This document shows positions 1-10,864 of a stretch of DNA of 64,000 nucleotides, one piece after another; within the stretch, counting starts at the first letter, position 1; every line of letters begins with the position of its first letter. The DNA lies in NCBI GenBank assembly GCA_032128875.1, contig JAVLKG010000008.1, positions 32,001 through 96,000 on the forward strand. The letters run 5' to 3'. The stretch comes from Candidatus Melainabacteria bacterium 17Bon1m (GTDB taxonomy: Bacteria > Cyanobacteriota > Vampirovibrionia > Obscuribacterales > Obscuribacteraceae). The notes below the pieces were generated by a model. That model worked only from the letters and a program-made list of their open reading frames with translations. It ran no database searches and was not told the DNA's origin. The position numbers were made by a program, and so were the translations under genes.

Positions 1-14
1 ACTCCGTATGAAAA

Positions 15-1100
15 ATGTCCCAAAAGCGAGTCACGCTTTTAATACGTGCTGACTTGGCGCACGATCTAGAGCGCCTAGGTAATGATGCTGTTGCATCAGA
101 AAAGCTGATCGAAGCGATTGAAATCAAAATGCGCAAATGGCTTAAAGCAAATAAGCCAAAGTTTTCGCACACCCAGTCCGCAAGTCTCAAAATGGACGTT
201 TCAAATTCGCCTTCGCACACACGAGTCATAAGTACAAAACGTCAAAAATTTCGGGAGTTCGGCAAGCTGATTTCACAGACGCGGCAAAGCGTAGGCCTAA
301 TATCTGCTGAAGCCGCAAAAAAACTTGGATGGACACACGAGTTCATGGTCTCTGTTGAGGGCGGACATCGCCTGCTGTCTTTCCACAAACTGATTAAATT
401 CACTCAAACGCTAAACATATCGGCAGAGCAGACCGCATTCTTGAGGGAAAAACTGAAAGAACTAGCGCCGTTTGTTACCCGAGTCAACGTTCCTGCGGCA
501 AAAAAGACTTCCGCAAATAGCATCAAAGACCTCGGCGCAAATGTCAGCGAACAGTGCAGCGAACCAGAGAATAACGGCGCGTGTAGCGATGCAATTAAGA
601 AGAGCAACAATCGGATCAACACTCTTGCCAAGCCTTGGTGTTCAAAAGGTGAAACGGCACCAAATCTAAGTGCGCTTTCATTCGCGATATTGAATTCAGC
701 AGGCGCAAACAACGAACACAACTCTGACTCGTTTCAGACTTTGACAGAGCAACACCCGCAGATACTGGAAGAGCGCGATTCTGTAGGTGCATACTATGAA
801 TCAACTGCAGCGGCACGAGACCGGCAAAAAGTCGTTGAGGCGCAAAAGGAAGAAGCAGTGAATAACTTTTTTGGAGCTCTAGGGATTGTCATTAAAAGTC
901 TTCGCATGGGTCTCAAACTCACTCGCAATGAGCTTGCTGCGCGAGCCAATCTTGATTCCAAGAAAATCAGAAACTTGGAAATAGGAAAGGGAATGTCTGT
1001 CGAAGAGATGTTCAAGGTTGCCGAGGCACTTGACTTAAAGCCGGGCCAATTAGCTCAGCAAGCGCAAAAACATTTGCCAGCAGACTATCAAGTGCATTAG
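15..1100 (+). CDS. Transcriptional regulator with two XRE/Cro-type HTH domains
   Basis: 361 aa with two HTH-like segments (FGKLISQTRQSVGLISAEAAKKLG...VEGG and LGIVIKSLRMGLKLTRNELAARANL...LEIGK) joined by a low-complexity linker. Confidence 0.75.
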   Translation: MSQKRVTLLIRADLAHDLERLGNDAVASEKLIEAIEIKMRKWLKANKPKFSHTQSASLKMDVSNSPSHTRVISTKRQKFREFGKLISQTRQSVGLISAEAAKKLGWTHEFMVSVEGGHRLLSFHKLIKFTQTLNISAEQTAFLREKLKELAPFVTRVNVPAAKKTSANSIKDLGANVSEQCSEPENNGACSDAIKKSNNRINTLAKPWCSKGETAPNLSALSFAILNSAGANNEHNSDSFQTLTEQHPQILEERDSVGAYYESTAAARDRQKVVEAQKEEAVNNFFGALGIVIKSLRMGLKLTRNELAARANLDSKKIRNLEIGKGMSVEEMFKVAEALDLKPGQLAQQAQKHLPADYQVH

Positions 1101-1795
1101 AAATAAAAACAAGCAAGAAGAACCAAATCAAGGTCAGCAGGGCATGCCTCTCGTAGAGACATTATCACTTGCTGACTTCTTCTCACTTTTTGACACTGCA
1201 ATGCCAGGCTGGCCACTTCATTAGTGCAATAGTCGCCGAAAACAGGTGGCATTGCTGCTTTCTGCAATGTTTAGAAATGACAACCAGCATTACAAAACTC
1301 AAAGTAGCTATAGGTTTTCCTTAGAAAGTCTCTAACCCATTGCGGCCCAAAGGTCTTTCAGCTTAATACTTGCGTTACAGAAACTATTAGCGAGAGTAGA
1401 TGCGAAGGCGAATTTAAATTTGTGTTGCACGTCACTCATTCATGACAATGCGCGTGCAGGCTGAAACAGAACCACTTTCGAATACTTGATTTCGATTGTA
1501 CGAACTGCAGCGACCAAAACCGAGGTTCCATTGTGATTGTTACGCCCAAGTTCCTATGGTCGGGTTCGCTACTCAGTTGAAACCCGGATTCCTTTAGGTC
1601 ACCAAATCGCGCCGCATCTCGGCAAAATCAAAAGAAAAAACAGCCCACCCCATAGACGCGTATGCGTGCCGTGACCTGCTACACGCCTTGGTTTCAGCAA
1701 GTAAGCATTATTCGATGTTCAGATTGAAAGAGTCTGAATATCGTCTCGACACATATTCACAACTGCAACACAATCATCCGTAAAAGGACCATTCC

Positions 1796-2371
1796 ATGCC
1801 TGAATTCATTCGGCGGATGAGACAACGACCGCCTTTGCGAACTACGGAAGAAGAATCGTATTTCGAAAAACTGCTCAAGAACATCCCCGCAGACATCGTG
1901 GCCGGTTGGACCGCACTGCAGGGCATCATCGTTGATCAGGCTAGCAATTCGCCAACCATTCAATGGATTGTTTTCGGCGTTCTGCTCGTTCTGACGCCGC
2001 TCTACGTTTGCTATATAAAGACAGAGCCAAAGGGCTTTACGCTCAACAAGATCTTCTTTTGTTTCTCCAGCCTGCTGAGCTTCACTGTCTGGGTCTTTGC
2101 CCTGGGCGGACCTTTCCTTGCGCAGTGGCCGAAGTGGTACCAACCTTACTTTGGTTCTATCGCGCTCATTCTGACTACGCTCATTCTGCCTGTGCTTGAA
2201 AGAGCCTTCTACGAGTCGAACCCGCCTGCACAGCCTCCGGTCCTCCCCCCGCCGACGCAGCAGCCACCGGTACAGACACCGACGCTGCCAGCTCCAACTG
2301 AAACGCCTCCGACGCAGACAACGGTTGAAGCGCCTCGGCAGCCTCCGGCTCAGACGCCTCCGCAGAACTAA
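1796..2371 (+). CDS. Hypothetical membrane protein (about 4 TM) with Pro/Gln/Thr-rich C-terminal tail
   Basis: AAGGA RBS; four hydrophobic segments; PPAQPP/TPTLP tail. Confidence 0.75.
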   Translation: MPEFIRRMRQRPPLRTTEEESYFEKLLKNIPADIVAGWTALQGIIVDQASNSPTIQWIVFGVLLVLTPLYVCYIKTEPKGFTLNKIFFCFSSLLSFTVWVFALGGPFLAQWPKWYQPYFGSIALILTTLILPVLERAFYESNPPAQPPVLPPPTQQPPVQTPTLPAPTETPPTQTTVEAPRQPPAQTPPQN

Positions 2372-2514
2372 ATCGGCAGACCACTTTTTGCGCTTCGGCA
2401 AAAACGATGCTAGCTGCGTCATCTTGCCATCCCCTGGGAGCGCGGGCGGCTCGCCCGCTTTTTCCCTGTAGGGTCGACGCCATGCGTCGACCGCAACAAT
2501 ACAAAGGAACAAAC

Positions 2515-2742
2515 ATGAGCGACAAACTCAAGATCATGCAAACCAGCATCGCCAGCCTCATCACTAACGATGAGGGTGATCTCTTCTGCGCATCAATCGG
2601 ATATCCGGAACTTCAGCTGTCTGCGAACTGCGTTTGCAATGCTCCGCGTTGCACTGATGAGCAGCCGATTCTCGATGATTCAGCATTTACTGACTATGTA
2701 TCGAAGGCCGAATTCGAGGAGTTTGTCGCCAGCGGGATTTAA
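2515..2742 (+). CDS. Small acidic hypothetical protein (75 aa, 4 Cys)
   Basis: AAAGGA RBS before ATG 2515, in frame with the 2407..2742 ORF. Confidence 0.55.
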   Translation: MSDKLKIMQTSIASLITNDEGDLFCASIGYPELQLSANCVCNAPRCTDEQPILDDSAFTDYVSKAEFEEFVASGI

Positions 2743-2815
2743 TCAGCCACTCATTTATTGCAGCTCGGAAAAAAACTACTACTAGCCGGCTATTGACGGC
2801 TTAGGACAATTATTT

Positions 2816-3385
2816 ATGAAACGTTCTCTCATTGCGCTCGCTTCCACAGCAGCGCTTCTTATTACCTCGGGCTGCGCTAGCTTCCAGCCTTCCACTTCCG
2901 TTCACACCGCCGCCAACAACCAGCCGACCTTCATTGATATGGATGCGTCGCGCCGAGGCGTGGTTATCATTCCACGCCCTAACAATCAGGGCTATTACGT
3001 CTGCTCCGAGCCCTCGCCCGACGTTGCGGTCGAGACCGTGAGCAAAATCCTGCTTCAGGTGAAGATGGACAACCCGAACATCGACGCCAAAACGGAAATG
3101 GAATTCCGCACCGCTGTTGTGGAACTCACCAAACGCACCCAGACGATTCTATTTTTGCGCGAATCGATGTTCCGCATCTGCGAACAGTCCATCAACCAAA
3201 ATCTCTCGCCAGAGCAGGTCACAAGGCTCTATGAGATGGCAATCACCACTGCGCTGAAGCTGGCGGAGGCCGACCTGGCGAAAAACCAGACGGAACTCGC
3301 CCGCGAACTTTCGGATTCGAAGGTTCGCGATGTTTGGCAGCGCGTGTTCGGCGACCAGCCGATGAGCGGGGCGGTTCGCAAATAA
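2816..3385 (+). CDS. Putative lipoprotein
   Basis: MKR plus hydrophobic signal ending in lipobox-like ITSGC; AGGA RBS. Confidence 0.75.
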   Translation: MKRSLIALASTAALLITSGCASFQPSTSVHTAANNQPTFIDMDASRRGVVIIPRPNNQGYYVCSEPSPDVAVETVSKILLQVKMDNPNIDAKTEMEFRTAVVELTKRTQTILFLRESMFRICEQSINQNLSPEQVTRLYEMAITTALKLAEADLAKNQTELARELSDSKVRDVWQRVFGDQPMSGAVRK

Positions 3386-3512
3386 AGCGCTAACTTCCAA
3401 GAACACGTGGCGACGCCCTTTGCGTCGCGTCAATTTTTAGAACCAAAACTTATTGCGGCTCAAACGCTCCTGCAAACGCAGAAGTGAACAAAGCACACAA
3501 AGGAAAAGACTA

Positions 3513-4541
3513 ATGTCTAAACAAGCAATTTACCAGTACGACGTCCTCGGTCGTCTCAAAGAAGTTCAGTTTTCCACCGGCGGAAAAATCACATATAACT
3601 ACGATGAAATGGGCAATCGCACCAGCGTCGTTGAGGTTGCGGCAGCTGAAGATTGCTGCTTCAACTGGCTAGGTGATTGGGACAACGCGACCAATTACGT
3701 CATCGGCGACGCTGTCGCGTCGGGCGGTTCTTCTTATATCGCCGTGGCGGACAACGTGAACAAGCTTCCGTCTTCCAACCCAACTGAGTGGGACGTTCTT
3801 GCTCAGAAGGGCGACACGGGTGCGACCGGTGCCGCAGGTGCAACGGGCGCGACTGGTGCAGCAGGTGCAACCGGCGCCACAGGTGCAACTGGTCCTAAAG
3901 GACTTAATTGGCGCGGCACTTGGAGCAGCGCAACTGCTTACGTCGTCGATGACGCAGTCACGCTCAACGGCACATCCTACGTCGCCGTTGCAAACAACAC
4001 CAACAGCTCGCCACCCTCGGCGAACTGGAATACGCTCGCAGCCAAGGGTGATACCGGTGCAACTGGTGCAACCGGCGCAACTGGAGCCACTGGTGCAACC
4101 GGTCCGGCCGGCGCTGATGGAACAACTTCCGTACGCTACGCATTCGCTACTTCCGACTTGACGATCTCCAATGACAATGTATACAGCGAGGATACGGCTC
4201 TGACTCTCACCAATACACCGGTGGGGACATACCTTTTGGAGTGCGTTTTGCTTGTGAATCAAGCTAATGCAGGTAGAGATTTCAAATACACATTCTTTGG
4301 AAGTAATTTGACCATGCAGGGTGTTGCACTACTCAACGGTGCTCTGGCAATCGATATTTTCAACCACGGTGGAGACTGCCAACTGAACACCAACTCCGGT
4401 GACTCTGTCATAACTCTTATTGCACAAGCCACGTTTGTCAGTTCCGTCAATACCACCAAACTGAGCTGGGCACAGGTTAGCGCAGGTGCAAACAATACGA
4501 CCCGTCGTCAAGGTTCATACATTCGCCTGACCAAACTCTAA
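3513..4541 (+). CDS. YD-repeat / Trp-rich carbohydrate-binding-like / collagen-repeat protein
   Basis: Start ATG 3513 after AAGGA. N-terminal YQYDVLGRL...YNYDEMGNR; two (WxGxW...Y..GD/DAV...GxSYxA...PxxxxW) modules each followed by GAT/GDT collagen triplets; beta-rich C-terminal domain. Confidence 0.85.
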   Translation: MSKQAIYQYDVLGRLKEVQFSTGGKITYNYDEMGNRTSVVEVAAAEDCCFNWLGDWDNATNYVIGDAVASGGSSYIAVADNVNKLPSSNPTEWDVLAQKGDTGATGAAGATGATGAAGATGATGATGPKGLNWRGTWSSATAYVVDDAVTLNGTSYVAVANNTNSSPPSANWNTLAAKGDTGATGATGATGATGATGPAGADGTTSVRYAFATSDLTISNDNVYSEDTALTLTNTPVGTYLLECVLLVNQANAGRDFKYTFFGSNLTMQGVALLNGALAIDIFNHGGDCQLNTNSGDSVITLIAQATFVSSVNTTKLSWAQVSAGANNTTRRQGSYIRLTKL

Positions 4542-4746
4542 GATTTGTGCCCCTAACAAATCACGAAGCGTCACCAGAGCTGAGGTTGTTCATCTACAAC
4601 TGAAGATTCTGCTTTCTGAAGCAGTTACCTTTGGCACACGAAGCCACGTCTTTAGAATGCGTCACTCAAGCGAATTTTTCATCCCTTATTGCAGTGAACT
4701 TTGCTGGCGACACGCGAAGTGATCGCCAAACGCACGGAAACAAACA

Positions 4747-7700
4747 ATGTCACAACAGAAAATCATTTCTCTTCTCAGCTGCGGCGCTGCGACTGTGCTT
4801 CAGCGTCCCATGCACGCCCCTCAAACACCCTGGCGCGCTTTTACCCCAGGGAAATTAAGACCAATAGCACCCCCCAAATCAAGGCGAGCACTTAAAACTC
4901 TCAAAGCTCCTTCCACTCTTTGGAAAAAAAATAAGAGTAAATCGAATTTACCTTCTAACTCTCTCGTCGAACCAACTCATGTAAGCGAACTAGCCCGTTC
5001 TCTGAAACACGATGTCGACCTAATTTACGAATGGGTTCACAACAATATTGAGTTTCATCCGATCTTCGGTATCCAAAAGGGTGCATTTGGAGCCATTCTC
5101 GACGGCTACGGTACTGCAATGGATCAATGTATCCTCATGGTCGAGTTGCTGCGCGAGTCCGAATATACAGCCGACTACGTCGTTGGCTCAATTACACTCA
5201 ACAGCGCCCAGGTAGCAAATCTTTTGGGTACGGACAATTCCAGTGCAACTGTTCCCGTAACTTTGATGCAACAGGGCGGAATTCCTCTCACATTCTCGCA
5301 AAATGTGGATGGTTCACTGGAGTCGATTACCTTTACTCATTGCTGGGTGCGCGTAGTCATCGAGGGTACTGATTATTTCTTTGACCCAAGTATCAAGCAA
5401 TACACGTATAAGAATGGTATCGACCTAGCGGTTGCGACAGATTATTCGCAGACGAGCTTCCTGACAAATATTCAGTCAGGGGCAACTGTCACGGCCGATT
5501 ACGTCGAGGACCTTAACCGGTCCAACATGAACGCAGATCTCACCGAAGCTTCGATGAATCTCGTTCAGTACATTCAAAATAATATGCCCGCCGCAACCGT
5601 CCAAGATGTAGTAGGCGGCCGCTTCATCAATTTGGTTGAAAACCCGGTGCGCGAAACGTCGCACCCAAATCAGACGCCGAGCACTACTCCAGATGTATAC
5701 AACGTTGATTTGCCAACTAGCTTTAGTTGCTTGTTGGAAATTTCAATGCCTGGTCTTCTGAGCACTGTGACGCTGGACTCGCGTGACATTTCAGGAAGAA
5801 GGCTGACCCTATTCTGGGACGAGCTTGATCAGCCTATTTTGTCGCTTGACTCAGAAGTTATCGCTACGGGAACGCCTGCCACACCCGACACATGGAATCC
5901 CATAAACGTAAACGTCACCCACAATGCGTACTTCCCAAATACTGCAAATGACGTAATTACGACTAGCTCCGTCTACACCAGGCTACAGTACGTTCTTCAT
6001 TCTGCATGGGGACCGACTGGACGTCACTCAATTGAGTTTCATCGGAATCGAATCAATGAAAGCAAACTTGACGGTCTCCTTGATACAGATGAGCCCGTGC
6101 TTGGCGGCTCCATGGCAGTCCTCGCTTACACTTGGTCTGGCGAACACACGGCGAAAGTAAAACTCTTTGATGCAATAGCCAAATCACAGACGCTAATGCA
6201 TCACGAAGTGTTTTTGGGTCAGTACAACGAGACGATTGTTACCGGACTCCTTACTGTAGTTCAACCTACGTATTCATTGAATTCAACGGCGACTGTTGCG
6301 AGCAAAGCAAGCCTTGTCTCCAGCCTTTTGCTCGGAGCTACTGAATCACTCGCCGTCAAATCGGTAGCAGGCATCACCGCTCCAACCGGAACTACACTCA
6401 TTGACTTCGCGAACTCCAATGGCTTGAAAGTATTTGATACAACGGCGGCAAATTGGACTTCTGATGTGAGGCCGAACCTTACAAACTACGATACCGCAGC
6501 CCTGGACTTCATCGAAAATAGCTATATCAACAATGGCTACAGAGTACTGCTGCCGGAAGATGGCGCTATCTCAATCAACGCATTTGAAGGGTATGGCTTC
6601 CTTGCGGCGACTTCAAGCTCAGGCTTTTTGTCTTACATTATCGACGTAAAAGGTTCCTATGGTTCCGAGCAAGTTTGCCCGGATGTATTCCGGCTTCATG
6701 CGACAAAGTACGGCATTGAACCTCTCAGTGTGTACTACCCAGGAGATGTGAATTACAGAAGTTCCGATCCTGTTGATCTTGTAACCGGTAATTTCACAGC
6801 GCAATCTTCGGACCTTTTGGTTGGAAGCACCGAATTCCCATATTCTCTTGGATTCAGCAGACTTTATTGCTCAGGAAGACGTTATACCGACCCCGTTGGT
6901 CTCGGACGTGGTTGGACTCACAACTTTGATCTAACGGTTTCAGAGAACAGCGATGCTTTTCTCGCACTGGGAGATGACCAAGCAATTCCGGCTGCATCTG
7001 CTATTTCAGCACTTTATATTTCGCTCGATCTCATGGTCGATCAGCTCACAACTTCAAATGTGAGATTGGTTGCAATTTCCATGATTAGTGAATGGCTCAT
7101 CGCACAACTCGCTGATAACACAGTTGTCGTCGGTCTCGGAGATAACACTCAGACTTTCGTAAAACTCCCCGATGGTTCGTATAAGGCTCCTGCTTCCGTG
7201 GACCTTAGGCTTGAAAAAAACATAGACGATACATTTACTGCCACAACCCCACAGGGAGTCACTTTCAATTACAGCCAAAGCGGAAAAATCGTCAGCCAGG
7301 TGTTTCCATTCGGAATCACCGTGAATTTCGAATATGACTTTTCAGATCGACTGATCAAAGTTGGGAACGACTTCAATCGCTTTATTGAGCTAGCGTATGA
7401 CGGCGATCGGATGGTTTCAGTATCAGACCATGCGGAGCGGATTGTGTCCTTTGGCTATGACGTCGATGGGAACCTAATTTCCTCCTCTAACACTTTGGCG
7501 AAGATTACGACTTACTCGTACGACATTCCCGGACGTCTTACACAGATGTTCCTTCCTGCCAACCCTACCGTTCCTGTCGTGACAAACACATACGATTCAA
7601 TGGACAGGGTCTACCTGCAGACTGACGCACTTAACCATGAAACAGAGTTTTTCATCGCAGGTTCTAGGACGGAACAAGTCGATGCCGCTGGTCATTCTAG

Positions 7701-10700
7701 CATTAAGTATTTCGGCAACAACGGACTTGTATACCGCGATATCAATGCATTAGGACAAGAGATTCGTCATGAATACGACGGCTTAAAGCGACTCGTTAAG
7801 ACCACCATGCCCGAAGGTAATTACAACACTCTCGAGTATGACTTGAATGGGAATACGATCGCCAATAAGTCTCATCCTAAGCCAGGTTCAAGCCTCTTAC
7901 CACAGGAGACAACGTTCACGTTTGATGGACCGTTTAACAAGATCAAAACGGCAACAGATCCAAGTGGCGGAGTAACAACCTACTCCTATGACCCAGTTAC
8001 CGGAAACCTACTCCTTCTTGAAAGACCAGAGATAGGTGGACTTACGCCAACTCAGTCGTTTTCATACAGCAACAGAGGTCTTATTCTCACAAAAACCGAT
8101 GAGATGGGAGCAGTTATTCAATATGAGCACGACGAAGATACCGGCGATCTGCTAAGCACGACTATTGACGCCGGTGTAGGTCGACTCAATCTGACCACGT
8201 CGTATGCGTATGATGCGGTCGGAAATCGCGTTTCAACCACAGACGCAAGAGGACACACAAACCTGTTTGAGTATGACTCAGAGAGGAGCGTTACAAAGAA
8301 AACTGAAACTTCGCCGTTCAGCTACGTTTCAACATTCGAATACGATGACAATGGCCGTCAGATCTCCAGAAGCGCCGAAACCGGCGACGTTGCCAACCCT
8401 CTTCAGACGATCACGACAGAATATACACTCACTGACAAAGTTCTCTCGATTACCAATGCCAGTGGTGATACCACGTATCACGAATACAATACTTTGGATC
8501 AACTCTCCAAAATTACCGATCCAGAAGGACGTGTTCTTCAGTTTGTCTACGACGATTTGGGAAGACTAGTCGAGTCAATTGATGCATCCACAAATACTTC
8601 AGCGACAAACACTTTCACTGCTAATGGCAAGCATCTTACTTTTAAGGATGCAAACGACAACGTTACTACCAACGTTTATGACGGATTGGATAGGCTTGAG
8701 AAAGTAGTCTTTCCAGATTCCTCGTACGAACAAAGGTACTTTGACGATGGTGGTAACCTCTCTTCACTCCGGAATCGTGCTGGACAGACAACCAGCTTTT
8801 CATATGACGAACTTAACAGACTTAAAACAAAGGAGCCTGAAGGCCTTCCAATTCAGACGTCTGTTTATGATCTCACAGGACGCCTGCTCAAGATCCAAAC
8901 TCCGGTGGTGTCAGGTGATCCCACAAATGGTGAGTTTGAATATATTTACGACACAGCGGGTCGCGTAAAGAAACAAATTTCGCCGGATGGAAAGATCATC
9001 GAATACGAACTCGATGATATCGGTAACCTCACCAAGATAGTCTATCCAGACGGCTACTACGTTGAACGAGAATTCGACGAGTTAAACAGACTTACAGTCA
9101 TTAAATTGAACGGCGCGACGACGGCCGCTGTTGAGTTTGTCTATGACGCTCTTTCCCGCAGAACATTGCTAAGCTACGAAAACGGTTGTACTGTCACGTC
9201 ACAATACAATGTTGACGACGATCTCGTAGAGCAAACGCATGCGTTCGCTTCAGAATCGCTATCGATCGAAAACGATTACAGCAAGCTTCACCAGCGCATC
9301 AATACTCACGTTTCAGACTCGCGCTACATGTGGCAGCCTTCGGTAGATAAAACCACTGCATATGGTGCTGCCAATGAACTAAACCAATACCCGACCGTCG
9401 ATGCAAACATCCTCTCCTACAATTCTGCAGGCTGCCTGGAAAGCGACGGCACTTGGGAATTTACATACGACAGTTTGAATAGGCTGACGTCCGCTGATAA
9501 AACTGGCGTTTCTGTTTCGTACCGCTATGATCCAATGAATCGGCTGGTCATTCGAGACAACGGTTCCAATAGCACCCATCTGATATACGACTCTTCCAGA
9601 TGTCTTGCAATTTACGATAGCACCACCAACACACTTCAGCGGCGCTTCGTATATGGCACCGATGCCAACGAAGCACTAGTTGAAATCGATTCAACAGGAA
9701 GCAAGACGTTCAACCATTTCGACCCCACAGGGTCTCTCATTGCTTCAGTTGACGAGTCTGGCACAGTTCTTGAACGAAATGCATTCGGCCCATTTGGAGA
9801 AGCAGAAGACATTGCAACAACATTCGGATTCACGGGCCATATCTTTGAACCGGAAACAGGGCTCTACTATGCACGCTCGCGCCATTATTCTTCCCAACTT
9901 GGTCGGTTCTTGCAGCCTGATCCTGTAGGAGAGAAGGGTGGTCTGAACCAGTATTGCTACGTGAACAACGACCCCATCAATGCTGCTGACTCTACCGGTC
10001 TTGGTCCAGATGGAGGTGGCTGGCCAGGCATGACCATGGGATTCGCTCAAAGGATCGGCGGTCGCTGGATCATCACCACCAATGGTGGCATTCTTTCCTG
10101 GGACCAAGGCACTCTCAGTTATAGCTTCCATCCCTATGACATAAACATCTTGGGCGTAAATATGTCGAGCTGGCTAATCGGCAACATTCTCGAACAGACA
10201 TTTGGTCCGGGCATTAGAAATTTACAGGATCCCATGTTTGATCTTGCCATTCTCATGGCCGCAGTCGGGAATCTTCCCGCTGCAGCTGCAATTGCTGCGG
10301 AAGGTGGAGCGGTAACTGGCTTCGCTGCTACAGTTGCAGCGCCAACCATACGGTACATGGGTTCCAATTACACAGTCGCCCGCACATTGGGTACAGGTAC
10401 TGCGACTCTTGCCAGACCGGCGGGAATTCGAACGCTGGCAGCAAATAAGGCGTTTGGTAACGGTGCAGAATACATTGAAAAATTGCGCCATGCTAGAGGC
10501 GTTGGTACGGTAAGTCAGGTCTCTTTCTTGGATCCTGTGAGCGGAATGATTGCTCGAGTAGATCACATCCTAAGAGATCTATCTGGTGGTTTTGAAGTAA
10601 AAGCGGGACTCGCGAGACTCTCGACGAACCAGAAACATGTCTATCCGGCGATGGAAGCTGGGACAGCGATTCCTGTCGGAGCAAGGGCCGCGGAGTTGGG

Positions 10701-10773
10701 TCTCACACCGGGTCTTCCATTGAATCAGCAGGAGTTGATAAAACAATTGATTATCAAAGTCAGGAGGTACTAG
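4747..10773 (+). CDS. Rhs/YD-repeat polymorphic toxin with N-terminal transglutaminase-like domain and C-terminal PD-(D/E)xK-like nuclease
   Basis: 2008 aa. DPVDLVTGNF and GRGWTHNF Rhs start motifs; many YD repeats; core end GLYYARSRHYSSQLGRFLQPDP...NDPINAADSTGL; C-terminal RVD...FEVKAG..LSTNQ. Confidence 0.92.
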   Translation: MSQQKIISLLSCGAATVLQRPMHAPQTPWRAFTPGKLRPIAPPKSRRALKTLKAPSTLWKKNKSKSNLPSNSLVEPTHVSELARSLKHDVDLIYEWVHNNIEFHPIFGIQKGAFGAILDGYGTAMDQCILMVELLRESEYTADYVVGSITLNSAQVANLLGTDNSSATVPVTLMQQGGIPLTFSQNVDGSLESITFTHCWVRVVIEGTDYFFDPSIKQYTYKNGIDLAVATDYSQTSFLTNIQSGATVTADYVEDLNRSNMNADLTEASMNLVQYIQNNMPAATVQDVVGGRFINLVENPVRETSHPNQTPSTTPDVYNVDLPTSFSCLLEISMPGLLSTVTLDSRDISGRRLTLFWDELDQPILSLDSEVIATGTPATPDTWNPINVNVTHNAYFPNTANDVITTSSVYTRLQYVLHSAWGPTGRHSIEFHRNRINESKLDGLLDTDEPVLGGSMAVLAYTWSGEHTAKVKLFDAIAKSQTLMHHEVFLGQYNETIVTGLLTVVQPTYSLNSTATVASKASLVSSLLLGATESLAVKSVAGITAPTGTTLIDFANSNGLKVFDTTAANWTSDVRPNLTNYDTAALDFIENSYINNGYRVLLPEDGAISINAFEGYGFLAATSSSGFLSYIIDVKGSYGSEQVCPDVFRLHATKYGIEPLSVYYPGDVNYRSSDPVDLVTGNFTAQSSDLLVGSTEFPYSLGFSRLYCSGRRYTDPVGLGRGWTHNFDLTVSENSDAFLALGDDQAIPAASAISALYISLDLMVDQLTTSNVRLVAISMISEWLIAQLADNTVVVGLGDNTQTFVKLPDGSYKAPASVDLRLEKNIDDTFTATTPQGVTFNYSQSGKIVSQVFPFGITVNFEYDFSDRLIKVGNDFNRFIELAYDGDRMVSVSDHAERIVSFGYDVDGNLISSSNTLAKITTYSYDIPGRLTQMFLPANPTVPVVTNTYDSMDRVYLQTDALNHETEFFIAGSRTEQVDAAGHSSIKYFGNNGLVYRDINALGQEIRHEYDGLKRLVKTTMPEGNYNTLEYDLNGNTIANKSHPKPGSSLLPQETTFTFDGPFNKIKTATDPSGGVTTYSYDPVTGNLLLLERPEIGGLTPTQSFSYSNRGLILTKTDEMGAVIQYEHDEDTGDLLSTTIDAGVGRLNLTTSYAYDAVGNRVSTTDARGHTNLFEYDSERSVTKKTETSPFSYVSTFEYDDNGRQISRSAETGDVANPLQTITTEYTLTDKVLSITNASGDTTYHEYNTLDQLSKITDPEGRVLQFVYDDLGRLVESIDASTNTSATNTFTANGKHLTFKDANDNVTTNVYDGLDRLEKVVFPDSSYEQRYFDDGGNLSSLRNRAGQTTSFSYDELNRLKTKEPEGLPIQTSVYDLTGRLLKIQTPVVSGDPTNGEFEYIYDTAGRVKKQISPDGKIIEYELDDIGNLTKIVYPDGYYVEREFDELNRLTVIKLNGATTAAVEFVYDALSRRTLLSYENGCTVTSQYNVDDDLVEQTHAFASESLSIENDYSKLHQRINTHVSDSRYMWQPSVDKTTAYGAANELNQYPTVDANILSYNSAGCLESDGTWEFTYDSLNRLTSADKTGVSVSYRYDPMNRLVIRDNGSNSTHLIYDSSRCLAIYDSTTNTLQRRFVYGTDANEALVEIDSTGSKTFNHFDPTGSLIASVDESGTVLERNAFGPFGEAEDIATTFGFTGHIFEPETGLYYARSRHYSSQLGRFLQPDPVGEKGGLNQYCYVNNDPINAADSTGLGPDGGGWPGMTMGFAQRIGGRWIITTNGGILSWDQGTLSYSFHPYDINILGVNMSSWLIGNILEQTFGPGIRNLQDPMFDLAILMAAVGNLPAAAAIAAEGGAVTGFAATVAAPTIRYMGSNYTVARTLGTGTATLARPAGIRTLAANKAFGNGAEYIEKLRHARGVGTVSQVSFLDPVSGMIARVDHILRDLSGGFEVKAGLARLSTNQKHVYPAMEAGTAIPVGARAAELGLTPGLPLNQQELIKQLIIKVRRY

Positions 10774-10800
10774 AAAACATCTCGCGAATTGCGTAAACTC

Positions 10801-10830
10801 GGAGGGAGTCCAAGACTCCCTCCATTTTCT
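10801..10830 (+). terminator. Perfect 10-bp hairpin followed by a short T-tract
   Basis: GGAGGGAGTC-CAA-GACTCCCTCC-ATTTTCT between the rhs gene and the next gene. Confidence 0.55.
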
Positions 10831-10864
10831 CGAAACTAGAAACTAAAGAAGAGTATTAACAGCA

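Noticed and set aside
2515-2742. Cys-containing small protein as a RiPP precursor
   Set aside because: No maturation enzymes are adjacent; retained only as a hypothetical CDS.
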